A DNA stretch of 64,000 bases from Octopus vulgaris (taxonomy: Eukaryota), in assembly GCA_951406725.2 (NCBI GenBank), contig OX597817.1, forward strand, positions 36,146,001-36,210,000, read 5' to 3'. A program made the translations under genes and the position numbers. Below, piece by piece: positions 29,393-41,413 of this stretch. The notes beneath the pieces were generated by a model. It did no database searches. It saw only the letters and a list, made by a program, of their open reading frames with translations, and had not been told where the DNA came from. The stretch's first letter is position 1. Each line of letters starts with the position of its first letter.

Positions 29393-30740
29393 GCATACAC
29401 ACACATGTATATCAATGATAGCTATGAAAGGTAGAGAGGGAACGCGAGAGACAGAGAAAAACAAACGAGAGAGAAAAATGGAAAGCAAAAGAGGAGAGCT
29501 TGCTCATAAATTATTTAGTTACGTCACCGTACACATGTTTCATTATTTCATTAACAATGAAAAAGTACTGCTTTGGCAGCTTTAGAACCATGGTTGAAGG
29601 CGAAGAGAAGCAGGTGTTGAAAATATTCGTTTTTTTTCTACTTGGCACGCCATCGTTAAATGCATGGAAAGAGATGAAATTCATTTAAATTTCAAAAGCT
29701 ATAAACAGTAGATGAAGAACAGAGTTGCAAAATCTATGAAACACTTCGATAAAAATATTTTTCAGGTTAATTCAAACAACATCGGAAAGAAACGAACGAA
29801 TTTATCTGTCAAGCCAGTTTATCTTACAGTTGGGCGCGGCTAATCTCATAGTAATTATTCAGGAAAACCCGTATGGCTGCTCGAGCGTAATTCATGGAAT
29901 GGTCGGCCAATATGTTAATGAAAATATGTACTCATGAAGGCTGGAGTAGAAAAACTCATTTTTACAGTTTAAGTAAATGGGTCCTAACACAAACAATACA
30001 TAAGTAAGTAGGTCCAGATCTGAAACAGAAGCAGGTTGCACATGCGTCTCGAGTATTGTTCATATATATATATAGTTAGGATAAAATCATTATTTGATTA
30101 GTTATCAGTGGCCAGCATACTAAAAATACCATAATGGTTAATTTATATTAAAATCATAATAACGGTGATGAATGATTTCAACACCAGTCTGCTAAAATTC
30201 TCGCTGTCTATTTTCTTCACTTACAACCTTGTGTAGAGGAGTAATAATCAAAGTGGTTCATGGACATTTGAGGTCTATTTCTGGCAGACTGAAATCATTC
30301 AGCACCCTTATTATGATAATATATATATATCTATATATATAAAACTCAACTTGTGTGTCTGTGTGTGTATCTGTGTGTGTGTGTCTGTGTGTTTAACATC
30401 CCGGCACATCTCCTCCTAGCCAACAACTCGTAGAACCACCCAAAATGGGTCACTTAAAGTTTAGGCGAATGAAAATTGAACTGCACTATTTCTGTTCCGA
30501 AATTCATCTCACAAGTGCAAAAATCGATAATGTGTTTGTTTAGGCCTTATCCCATGCATTGAATAGTGAACTATACTCAGTCAGCTGTTTGACCTGAACT
30601 GTGTTCACCACGCGTGCAAGCATGCGTAAATTGCATGAAAAATAAAAAAAATCAAGATATAAAAACGAATCGCCGTAAACATTGTAGAAATTCGGCAAAG
30701 AAATGAATTTTCGGGAGGTAGCCTGGAGGGTTTTTTCGTA

Positions 30741-30779
<39 letters not shown>

Positions 30780-30872
30780 TCATATATATCATCATATATA
30801 TCTGTATGTATGTATGTATGCATGTATGTATGTATGTATGTATGTATGTATGTATGTATGTATGTATGTATG

Positions 30873-30909
<37 letters not shown>

Positions 30910-30910
<1 letters not shown>

Positions 30911-31160
30911 TAAATGAAAGAATGGAGTTGAACGACGAATTAACAAAATTCCTTTATTCTCGACATGGGCTCCGTGTGGGCAGTCATCTAAAAGTTTTTG
31001 TTCATCTTGATGCTGACATAAGTTCCTTGTTTTTCCTGATGAGAAGGCGGCATAATGCACCCCTTATTCCTTCGAAATTAGGAATATGCAGCCTTCGAAA
31101 CATATGTCGAGAATAAAGGAATTTTGTTAATTCGTCGTTCAACTCCATTCTTTCATTTAT
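30910..31160. repeat. Perfect 57-bp inverted repeat (30910-30966 vs 31104-31160)
   Basis: ataaatgaaagaatggagttgaacgacgaattaacaaaattcctttattctcgacat and its exact reverse complement. Confidence 0.92.
31031..31113 (+). ncRNA. Type-I hammerhead ribozyme with canonical core
   Basis: ttttc-CTGATGA-GAAGGC-(42 nt structured)-GCCTTC-GAAAC-atat-GTC-gagaa; stem I ttttc/gagaa; palindromic stem III ACATATGT; predicted cut after C31108. Confidence 0.85.
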
Positions 31161-31424
31161 TTGTATTTAAAAAAACACAAATTTCCACACGAAAGCACGT
31201 GATCTCTGCCCTTGGCATGTAGCTTCAACCGTGTTTTTCTGACGTGAATTTGCTACCCAGGTATCGGTTAACCGAATTATCCATAATAAGATAATTCATT
31301 CAACTGCTCTTATATATATATATATATATATATATAAAGTAAATCCAAACAAGAAAACAAAAAGACAACAATGCAAGGATGTGGAACAAATAAAGTATTA
31401 TTGGACGCTCAGGAAAGAAGGGAA

Positions 31425-31496
<72 letters not shown>

Positions 31497-32092
31497 TTAT
31501 ACATTTATACATATATATATATATATATATGAGAGTATGATAGAAGAAAGCTAACTCTTCCTTCCGTAGAAGAAAAAATTCAAATCGGACTATGTTAACA
31601 CAAAAAACTATTTACATCAAAAAGGTGTCTTTTTTCTATGAAAATCCCTATTTTTTACGATGTTTTGACTGCTGTGTTACCATTTTTCGGTGTATTTCAC
31701 TTAAAGAGAATAACAAGCAACATACTGCCAAATTTATACTTTTCCAAAATTCCAATTCTAAAGGGTCTAAACAAACCGCAACGCCGGGCGATACTGGTAG
31801 TATATATATAAAACGAGAAATTGTCCACAGAGACCTTTCGGTTTACCAGCAGGTCACAAACTATCTGAGGACGGCTCCTTCACCAAAATTTCGAAGTAAT
31901 TGTCAGCATTTTCCTTGTAAAAACTTACAAGATATGCATGCTGCACAAAAAGTCTTCCTTCAGTTTCATATTAAATTTATTATATCTACATCTTCACTCA
32001 GAAGCGAACATAATACATGGATATTAATGCTATGTGTATGCGCGCGTGTGTGTGTATGTGTGCATGTGTGTGTGTATGCGTGTATGTATATA

Positions 32093-32590
32093 TATTCTTT
32101 TACGCTATTATCCCCATACTGTCTTCAGCCGGAGGCGGGAGCCATGCTGGAGCACCGCATTTCAGTGTATTGGGGTCCCCTTCTGCTCTTTGTGCTTCCT
32201 GCCGCGATGTGGGCTCACCTTGGGATTTCAAATAGAAATTTGTCTAGGTGCTCTACACCTTGCATATCTCTTAGGCTCCTTGGTAGGATGTTAAACAGTT
32301 GTGGTCTCCTGAAACCCAATCTATGGCAAGACTGGATCCTTATCTGAGATGGAGTAGACGGTATTTTTGTTATTATGCAGTGCCGTCCATTTCCGTGACT
32401 GGTATAACTTTTTTATTCCAAAATTGGGAGCTAGACATTCCAAAATCTTTCATATGTATATCACTGCATACCTTTCTCGCCTACTCTTCAAGGAGTTGTG
32501 TTTCAGTTCTTGTAGCCTCTCCCAGTAGCTCATCTGTTTCAACATTTTAATTTTCTTTGTGTAGTGGCGCTGGATTACCTCGAGTTCCAC
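32093..32590 (-). mobile_element. Decayed 3' fragment of a CR1/Jockey-group LINE
   Basis: Minus strand translates to LEVIQRHYTKKI..MSYWERLQELKHNSLKSRRERYAVIYI, homologous to YWDRLKALKLYSLQRRRERY in the 53.5-kb LINE. Confidence 0.8.
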
Positions 32591-33145
32591 CTCCATCTCG
32601 ACGCTTTGCAGTGACTACACTTAGGGACAGTAATCCAGACGACTGGGATAAATGTCCTCCACAGGAATAGCAAGGTATCCTTATTTCTGGTTCTGAATGA
32701 TCAATAGATCATTCAGCTACTCGCCTACACTGTGTTGCTATCCTGGCAACATGTACATGGAATGTTGCATCACTACTCATGTGGATTCCCTCGGCAAAAG
32801 ACCTTCCAGTATATACAGATAGAGCCCCAAAAGCTAATAAACAGGTTATTGTTGTGAAAGACCAAAACTAACGATAGCTGTATCTCTGATGACGAATAGA
32901 AGTAGTAGGGGAGCATCATAGCCATGTGCTGAGAGGAATTCTTGGTGTTTCGTTCACCATTCTTAAACAACCCTTACTCAGGGTCTTTGGAGCGGGATGG
33001 GCTATACAAGCTGAAGAAAATCACAATTGGGCCTCACCACAGCAAGGTCATTCGCAGTTAATCGTGATATGAGGTCACTATATTGCGCACATATTGCTGC
33101 GATGCTTTTGCCTGGTGTAAAGCAATTATTTTTAATCCGACGTCG

Positions 33146-33470
33146 GTGAGGGCGCGTGGCTTAGTGGTTAGGGCATTCGGCTCATGATCGTAAGGTTGTG
33201 AGTTCGATTCCCGGCGACGCGTTGTGTCCTTGAGCAAGACACTTTATTTCACGTTGCTCCAGTCCACTCAGCTGGCAAAAATGAGTTGTACTTGTACTTC
33301 AAAGGGTCAGCCTTGTCAATCTCTGTGTCACGCTGATTATCCCCGAGAACTACGTTAAGGGTACACGTGTCTGTGGAATGCTCAGCCACTTGCACGTTAA
33401 TTTCACGAGCAAGCTGTTCCGTTGATCGTATCAGCTGGGACCCTCGTCGTCGTAACCGGCGGAGTCTTTT
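33146..33470 (+). mobile_element. tRNA-derived SINE (head 2 + tail X) with 17-bp TSD
   Basis: A box tggcttagtgg, B box gagttcgattcc; tttttaatccgacgtcg at 33129-33145 and 33471-33487. Confidence 0.9.
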
Positions 33471-33919
33471 TTTTTAATCCGACGTCGAAGTCGCAATCTC
33501 TTTTTTAAATATGAATTCTGAAAAATTATGCTGTTATCTCTATGGTAACGTATCTTATAAGAAAAAACAATTGGTATATTATTTTATAAAACTTATATTT
33601 TAAGGAAGTTAAACTATTTCAGTATTCTTATTCCTTCATCACCCTAATCAAACGGATGGTCATGATGGTTATACTGGGCTTCCTATATTTGTACACCAGT
33701 GTCACTTTGAAGGCATTCGCTGCTCTCTCACTCAATAATTATGATAATAATCCTTTGTAAAAAGGCACAGAGATTAGTCGATTACATCGATTAAGTGCTC
33801 AATTGGTACTTATTTCATCGATCATAAAGATATAAATGGCTAGGTCGACCTCAGCGAAATTTCAATTCAAAACGTAAAGACATGCTAGCGATATTGTCAG
33901 CTCCTTGCCCTCATAATAA

Positions 33920-34250
33920 CAGCCACAGGAGGATTGCACCTAGGGATTGCACCTAGAAAGTTACCCTCTCAGGCACAAGTCAGGGCAAGATTGTTTGTGG
34001 AAGGGTAGCAGTCGCCAATGCATACCAGCCTCCCCTCTCCACACCACTGATATTATCCAAGGGAAAGGTAAAGGCCGATACAGCTTGGCACCAGTGATGT
34101 TGCAACTCATTTCTACAGATGGGTTAACTGGATCAACGTGAAATAAAGTGTCTTGCTCAAGAACACAACACGCAGCCCGGTCCGGGAATCGAACTCACAA
34201 CCTCACAATCGTAAGCTCTACGCTCTAACCACTGAGCCATGCGCCTTCAC
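33920..34250 (-). mobile_element. tRNA-derived SINE (head 2-like + tail Z)
   Basis: Minus strand reads gtgaaggcgcatggctcagtggttagagc..gagttcgattcccgg..cttgagcaagacactttatttcacgttg, then a distinct tail. Confidence 0.85.
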
Positions 34251-34789
34251 TAACAACAGCAGCAACAACAACAACAATAATAATATTCCTTTCTATTAAA
34301 GGGACAAGACCTGAATCATGTAGGAAGTGTGTAAGTCCATCACATCGACCCCAGTACTTGACAGTTATTTAATTCATCGAACCAGAAAGGACGAAAAGCA
34401 AAGTCGACCTCGGCGGTATTTGAACTCAGAACATAAAGAGGTGGAACAATTACAACAAAATGATTTTTCGACACCCTAACAATTCTGCCTGCTCTTCGCT
34501 TTATATTTTAATGTCCGCCATATTTCCTGAAATGGGAAAATATGTTCTAATAGGTTCAAAACCAAATGATGAAAGAACATTTCAAAAAGTGCGGAGGATT
34601 ACATAGAAATCTAATGAATCAGAATGAAAATGATTGTATTGGTAATATCCAAAATATGGCAAAGTTTCAAGAGAAGAACCGGCACCAAGGGGCAGACAAG
34701 GAACATCACAGAGAAATGGTTTAACTGAGAAAATGTTTATAAAAAGTATGCTACCGCCGGCGCCGCTGTTGCTACCCACACTCCCCCAT

Positions 34790-34851
<62 letters not shown>

Positions 34852-35204
34852 TCATCAATGATTTATTTATCGGAATTCTTATATTTTTGGACAACATCGT
34901 CTCCATGAATCTCAAAATCTGCACAGTGTCTCTTCTACAAGAATCTGTGCGCCTGTATATATATATGTGTGTGTGTGTCTGTGTGTGTGTGCGTGTATGC
35001 ATACACATACGCATATACATATATGTATATAAATAGATAAATAAATGTATGTGTGTGTGTATAGATACACACACACAAATCCACTGTATCTACAGTGGAT
35101 TTGTGTACATGTATCTGTACATCTACCGATCTATCTATGTATGAATGTGTGAGTTGGGTTTGCGTATATGTGTGCACTGGTGTATTTATGCATTCTGGTA
35201 TATC

Positions 35205-35265
<61 letters not shown>

Positions 35266-35298
35266 GCATACACGTACACATAAACATACATAATACAC

Positions 35299-35335
<37 letters not shown>

Positions 35336-36022
35336 ACACACACACACATATAATGTATGTATGTGTATTTGCATATAAATATATACAGTCGTTAGATCTA
35401 TTGATATTATGTGTATATAGCTTGTGAATTGTTCTTTTCCTCTTCTTTTGAGTTCTATTTGTTTTTCTCCTCCTCCTTCTGTCCACCCCCTCGTCTTCCA
35501 GTCTCTTTTCCTTCTTCTTTTATTATTGATATTTGTAGTATTAGTATAACTACTTGCTGTCGCATACAAGTAGTTCTTTTTTGTTTTTGTTTGTCTCTCT
35601 TTTTCATTGTTTTGTTTTTCAGATTCACTTATATATATTTCTTTCAAGAAATTCTTTGTTTTACCGTTGCTTTATTTTTCTATTTCCTTTGCAACTTTTT
35701 TTTTATCAATATATTTTTTATTTCCTCTCTTTCAATTAGAAGACATACATTTTCTGAAATCTCAGCTTTTGAAAACTTTCTCAAAATGACGACCAACTCT
35801 AAAACACAGAAACATAAAGAAAATTTAAGAAACCCGAACTTTTGTTATATTTTCTATTACAGAAATGTACAACAAATACTTTGCAAGAATTCAATATATT
35901 GGCAAGAATGGTATCTTCGTTAAGCTGACACTAACAACCCCAGTACTTGGCTGGTACTTATTTTATCGACCCAGGACGAATGATAACCAAAGTTCTCTTT
36001 GGCAAATTTAAGAAAAAAACTA

Positions 36023-36397
36023 AGTGGCTGTGTGGTAAGTAGATTGGTTACCAACCACATGGTTCCGGGTTCAGTCCCACTGCGTGGCAACTTGGGCTAG
36101 TGTCTTCTAGTATAGCCTTGGGCCGACTAAAGCCTTGTGAATGGATTTGGTAGACGGAAATTGAAAAGAAGCCCGTCGTATATATGTATACGTATATATC
36201 TGTTTGTGTTTGTCTCCCCAACATCGCTTGACAACCGATGCTGATATGTTTACGTCCCCGTAACTTAGCGGTTCGGCAAAACTAACCGATAGAATAAGTA
36301 CTAGGCTTACAAAGAATAAGTCCTCGGGTCGATTTGCTCGATTAAAGGCGGTGCACCAGCATGGCCACAGTCAAATGACTGAAACAGGTAAAAGAGT
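36023..36397 (+). mobile_element. SINE family A
   Basis: Near-identical to 52919-53309. Confidence 0.9.
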
Positions 36398-36789
36398 GAT
36401 ACGTCTTTATTGCAGGTAACTTCTTCAAGAAAGCTTTGTAATGGTTAAACTAAGCTTGAAAAATTAAAGTGTCTTTACCTGGCATCTTGACAAGTGAAAT
36501 CTTAGAGTAGTTACTGACGGTCAATGACTTCCTTTTTCGTCTTTAAATTCTTGATATTTTTTCTTTTATGAGTCTACTCCCAAAAGAATTTAAAACACCG
36601 AAATAAATAAATAAATAATCAAAATAAAAACAAAACAAAAAAGAAACAAAAACAAAAACAAAAAAACGAATGACTTCTGTGTTCTACGGATTTACGCGAC
36701 CACATGTTGTTGCTGTTATTATTGTGGTTGTTTTGCTCCAAGTTTACTCTATGAATCAAGTTATACCCGTGTGACAGAGTCTTCTTATT

Positions 36790-37024
36790 TGTTTCTTTAT
36801 TACCCACAAGGGGCTAAACATAGAGGGGACAAACAAGGACAGACAAACGAATTAAGTCGATTACATCGGCCCCAGTGCATAACTGGTACTTAATTTATCG
36901 ACCCCGAAAGGATGAAAGGCAAAGTCGACCTCGGCGGAATTTGAACTCAGAACGTAGCGGCAGACGAAAAACGGCTACGCATTTCGCCCGGCGTGCTAAC
37001 GTTTCTGCCAGCTCGCCGCCTTAT
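36790..37024 (-). mobile_element. Young SINE family B with 14-bp TSD
   Basis: agag(t/c)cttcttatt at 36776-36789 and 37025-37038. Confidence 0.92.
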
Positions 37025-37505
37025 AGAGCCTTCTTATTGTAAGACATAGAATATCAGACGTTACATTTCAAAACCTTGCAAGGTAGCAAACTGGAAGAAT
37101 ACTTACAGCGTTCCCCCGCCAAAGAAAAACAGCATTGTTTTATTTATTCCAACGCTTTAGATTCTGAGTTCAAACTCTACTGAGGTCAATTCTGCCATTC
37201 ATCCTTTCGGAGTTAGTAAAATAAAAATACCTAGCGTGTTCTGGTGTAGCTGCAATCGACTAATCCTCTTCCCTGAAAATTTCTGGTCTTGTGGCTAAAT
37301 CAAACAAAAAAATATTTTAGGATATAGTTTATCAGGCTTTATTTTGTCTCCCTTTTTAAGACAGTGCAGTATGATGGCATGGTCTGAGAGATATTCCGCT
37401 GCTATTTCGTGCAGCTAGAGTGACTACTCAGGTGTACAATGCCATGGGAATCAGAATTCTTCAAAAACAATTAAATACACTGATTCACCTAAACCATGTC
37501 GGCTG

Positions 37506-37546
<41 letters not shown>

Positions 37547-37604
37547 TAGCATACAGGCGCTGGCATTCCAGCGCCATAAGGTACATTTATATTTTTATAA
37601 TATA

Positions 37605-37956
37605 CTAGCAGTATCGCCCGGCGTTGCTCGGGTTTGTAAGGGAAATAACTATAGAGCATTTTTAGATAGTTATAGCCAAAATATAGCAAAAAAATGGGAA
37701 AATGATGGTAAATTTTTTTGAGAGTTAAAAAGGTGGAGTTGCGTCCCCTAGACAGTCTGTGGTTTGTGTTTCTGATTTTTTCAGAACTGGGGGAACTTTT
37801 CAAAATTTTCGCTGCGTTAGTTTTGAATTATGACATTGGGCTATGTATGTGTCAAGTTTCATCAGAATCGGTTGAAAGCCGTGATCAGGGTGAGGGTACA
37901 ACCAAACAGACACACAGAAACACACACAGACAAACTGCCGTTTATATAGAGAGAGA
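37605..37956 (-). mobile_element. Non-autonomous Helitron
   Basis: a|CTAGcagtatcgcccggcgttgctcggg ... tttatatagagagaGA|t; a second Helitron-like 3' end (CTAG plus ggcgctgg/ccagcgcc hairpin) lies near 37546-37575. Confidence 0.85.
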
Positions 37957-39292
37957 TATTTAATATACATATATGTATATGTGTATGTGTATACATATAT
38001 ATGAATTCTATAATTATAAGCATAATTATAATCGGGGTTAACTAATTGCTTTGCCAAGCACCGAATTTAGAAATAGCAGTCAAAATACCATTCCGCTACC
38101 ATAAACATCTCCCAGGCATATATAATAAAAAACGATGACATTTTTGCATACGATCAATATAACACTATTATGCGCGGATATCAACTGTGATAAATTAAAT
38201 AATATGGACCTAAAACATAATGCAGCATATCCAGATAGAATATTTGTGGAATGGTATGAAAATTCTTCTATTCGTTAACAAGAGGGTGTGTACATGATCA
38301 CCCGGTTTACTAGAATTCGCTGCCAAATCCCTCTAAGAGATGGCATCCTGTCATATTAAAAATAAGAAGATACACACGATAATGTGGTTTGTAGTACATT
38401 TTCTCAAAGAGAAAAGATAAGATTGTCATGGTTAGAATGTCTTTGATCAAATATGTAATCAATCCTGACCAATCAGAGGCTAAGCAACAATTACTTCAAT
38501 TATTGTTCTTTGGGAAATGTCTGCTCATTCAAGGCGGAGTCGTTGGGGACTGAATTGATATTAGAAACTCCAGAGGTCAGAAATTTAGGAAACGGAACCA
38601 GTTGATTATATGTACTCACCTTTCCTTTGATTCATCGACCACGGATAGAGGAAAAGAAAAGTTGACGTCGAGGATATCGGAACTCGGAACGTAAAGAACA
38701 GTGAAAAATTCCACAAAGAATGCTGAACAGAACTCTAACCATTCTACAACTTCACCGTTGATAGCAGCTTAAATTACTCTCGCAGTCATTTAAGGATGAA
38801 AAAAAATATAAGTATTTTGAAAACTTGAACGTTAACTTTGATCGTTCGCCTACACACAATGAATTGTCGGTTCGGTGCAGAAAATTATTGCTTGAAGTCT
38901 TTGGTATTTTATCAGGAAATCAAACATCCTGTATAGAGGGTTTGAATAATTTGTTTCTTCTTGTCTTATCGATAATTTTTTTCCCCTCTGATTTACTATT
39001 ATATTCTTGTCGTAACATTTACAACAAGCAGAAAGAGCAGTAAAGGCATTGCCCTATCCACCTACAGAAATATGAACAGAACAAGAGCCAGAGAAGGAAA
39101 TTCTATATGGTCATGCTTCCAGCTAGAAATAACAGCCAAATTAGACTCAACTCCTACCCGACTGTCAACAATAAATGAAATTTACACATTGGATTTAATC
39201 CTTGATAATCGTCAAAAAGGATTTGGTTAAAGCACAGATACTTTCGATAACAGGTTTGCTGGTAAACCTCGAGTTAGACAGCAACAACAGTG

Positions 39293-39655
39293 GTGGAGCA
39301 ATGGCCCAATGGTTAGCGCAGTGGACTCGCGGTCGGAGGATCGCGGTTTCGATTCCCAGACCGGGCGTTGTGTGTGTGTTTATTGAGCGAAAACATCTAA
39401 AGCTCCACGAGGCTCCGACAGGGGGTGGTGGCGACCCCTGTTGTACTCTTTCGCTCCAACTTTCTCACACCCTTTTTTTCTGTTTCTTGTCCACGACTTC
39501 CTACACAACCGCTGAGCTTGGACGTGCATTCATCCATCCGTCGGTGCTCGCGGTGTCGGGGGTTGCGGGTCTTACGAATAGCAAAGGACCACGTTTCGGA
39601 CTTCTCCCACTAATGGGACGAAGACCGCTTCGCTCAACAGCAACAGCAGCAGCAT
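39293..39655 (+). mobile_element. tRNA-derived SINE (head 1 + tail W)
   Basis: Head matches 52046-52431; body diverges after about 39490; ends in a CAA/CAG-rich run. Confidence 0.8.
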
Positions 39656-40445
39656 AACAACCTACAACGAAAACAGCAAAGAGAAATATAAACATTATAT
39701 GAGGTAGTTGCTATGGGGTCGCTCGATTTGTTAAGACTAGCAGCTAAATCACCCTCAAATCATATCGCCCCGTCTTAAAAGCCGTACATCGGATAATGTA
39801 GTTCTATATAAATTATGAGTTATAAGGATTGAGACGTGTCAACAAGACGCTTTTCATTATAAGTGTATTCCATCAAGATGAAAAAACAAGAATCAAAATA
39901 CATCCACGTGTTAAAATAATCACTGGATAATGGAGTCTTAGGTGGTCACATCTGGAACGCTTTGATAGGTATGTAAGATCAGGATTGATCTAAGGTCAAC
40001 ACCAAATACAAACACAGATTAATAAAACCTCAACAGCACCGATTCCAGCACTTACGATGTTACTTCAGCCATAACTGCTACTAACGTATCTATTATCACA
40101 GCTATCCATTACTAACAACATCACCATTACTATGACCACATTCAATATCACCACTACCGTTGCCTGCTACCAGTAGCAACAATACCACAACCACGACCAG
40201 TCTGACCAGCAATACAGTAATTATCGCCACCACCATCACCATCACTATCTCCATGACGAAGATTGCCATCAACACTTCTAGTAGTAGAACCTTATGATGG
40301 CCAGAAAAACATTCACTGACACGCACACATATATATATGCGTGTATATACATATGTACACACTCACACACACGCACGCACTCACACACACACACGCATGC
40401 ACACCTACACACGTGCATATATATATTTAAATGTATGTATTTACG

Positions 40446-40496
<51 letters not shown>

Positions 40497-40580
40497 AAGG
40501 GTGGAAAGGAACACACGAGTTGATATATATGAAAAAGCAAGTCAAAAATAGAAAATGCTAAGATAATTTTATAGTGAATC

Positions 40581-40624
40581 TTTCAGTACCGGTTTCGGTC
40601 ATTTTGAGACCTTTTCAACTGTAA
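40581..40624 (-). ncRNA. Mirror copy of the U3-A8 hammerhead on the minus strand
   Basis: Exact reverse complement of 40829-40872. Confidence 0.65.
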
Positions 40625-40828
40625 CGATTAAATAATTAAATTTAGAAAAATTAGAAGAAAAGTTTTTTTAAAAGAATATTTCTATAGTAGTGTTCAGATA
40701 TAAGTGGCATTCTGCCTTTCAGGGGAGTCAGAGAAAGGCAGAATGCCACTTATATCTGAACACTACTATAGAAATATTCTTTAAAAAATACTTTTCTTCT
40801 AATTTTTCTAAATTTAATTATTTAATCG

Positions 40829-40872
40829 TTACAGTTGAAAAGGTCTCAAAATGACCGAAACCGGTACTGAAA
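40829..40872 (+). ncRNA. Minimal type-I hammerhead ribozyme, U3-A8 covariant
   Basis: ttacag-TTGAAAA-GGTC-tcaaaat-GACC-GAAAC-cg-GTA-ctgaaa; palindromic ACCGGT stem III. Confidence 0.7.
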
Positions 40873-40915
40873 GATTCACTATAAAATTATCTTAGCATTT
40901 TCTATTTTTGACTTG

Positions 40916-40981
<66 letters not shown>

Positions 40982-40984
40982 GTT

Positions 40985-41381
40985 TATTCTCTTTTCTATT
41001 ACTTGTTTCAGTCATTTGACTGCGGCCATGCTGGAGCACCGACTTTAGTCGAACAAATCGACCTCAGGACTTATTCTTTGTAAGCCTAGTACTTATTCCA
41101 TCGTTCTCTTTTGCCGAACCGCTAAGTTACGGGGACGTAAACACCTCAACATCAGTTGTCTAGCGATGTGGGGGGACAAACACAGAAACGCAAATATATA
41201 CGTATACATACACACACACACACACACGACAAACTTCTTTCAGTTTTCGTCTACCAAATCCACTCACAAAGCTCTGGTCTGCTCGAGGCTATAGTAGAGG
41301 ACACTTGCCCAAGGTGTCACGTAGTGGGACTGAACCCGGATCCATGTGGTTTGGAAGCAAGCTTCTCACCAGAGAGCCACG
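40985..41381 (-). mobile_element. SINE family A
   Basis: Reverse complement of the family-A sequence. Confidence 0.88.
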
Positions 41382-41382
41382 C

Positions 41383-41410
<28 letters not shown>

Positions 41411-41413
<3 letters not shown>

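Larger units (their letters stand above)
30330..31800 (+). mobile_element. Non-autonomous Helitron interrupted by microsatellites and Penelope-like termini
   Basis: 5' tctatatatataaaactc..gtgtgtctgt; 3' gcaacgccgggcgatactggtag|t. Confidence 0.6.
40532..40921. repeat. Near-perfect palindrome with arms of about 190 bp and a 12-nt loop, abutting (TA)n
   Basis: 40532-40720 is the reverse complement of 40733-40921 with only a few differences. Confidence 0.95.

Noticed and set aside
31592-32347. 251-aa plus-strand ORF
   Set aside because: It runs across a Helitron end, a microsatellite and the antisense strand of a LINE fragment; a chance chimera
33146-33220. tRNA-like sequences with A and B boxes (also at 39.3, 49.4, 52.4 and 52.9 kb)
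   Set aside because: They are SINE heads continuing into repeat bodies, some with TSDs, not tRNA genes
34566-34725. Short ATG-initiated ORF of about 52 aa
   Set aside because: Another frame shows PRGRQ, typical of a decayed RTE C-terminus; no support as a host exon
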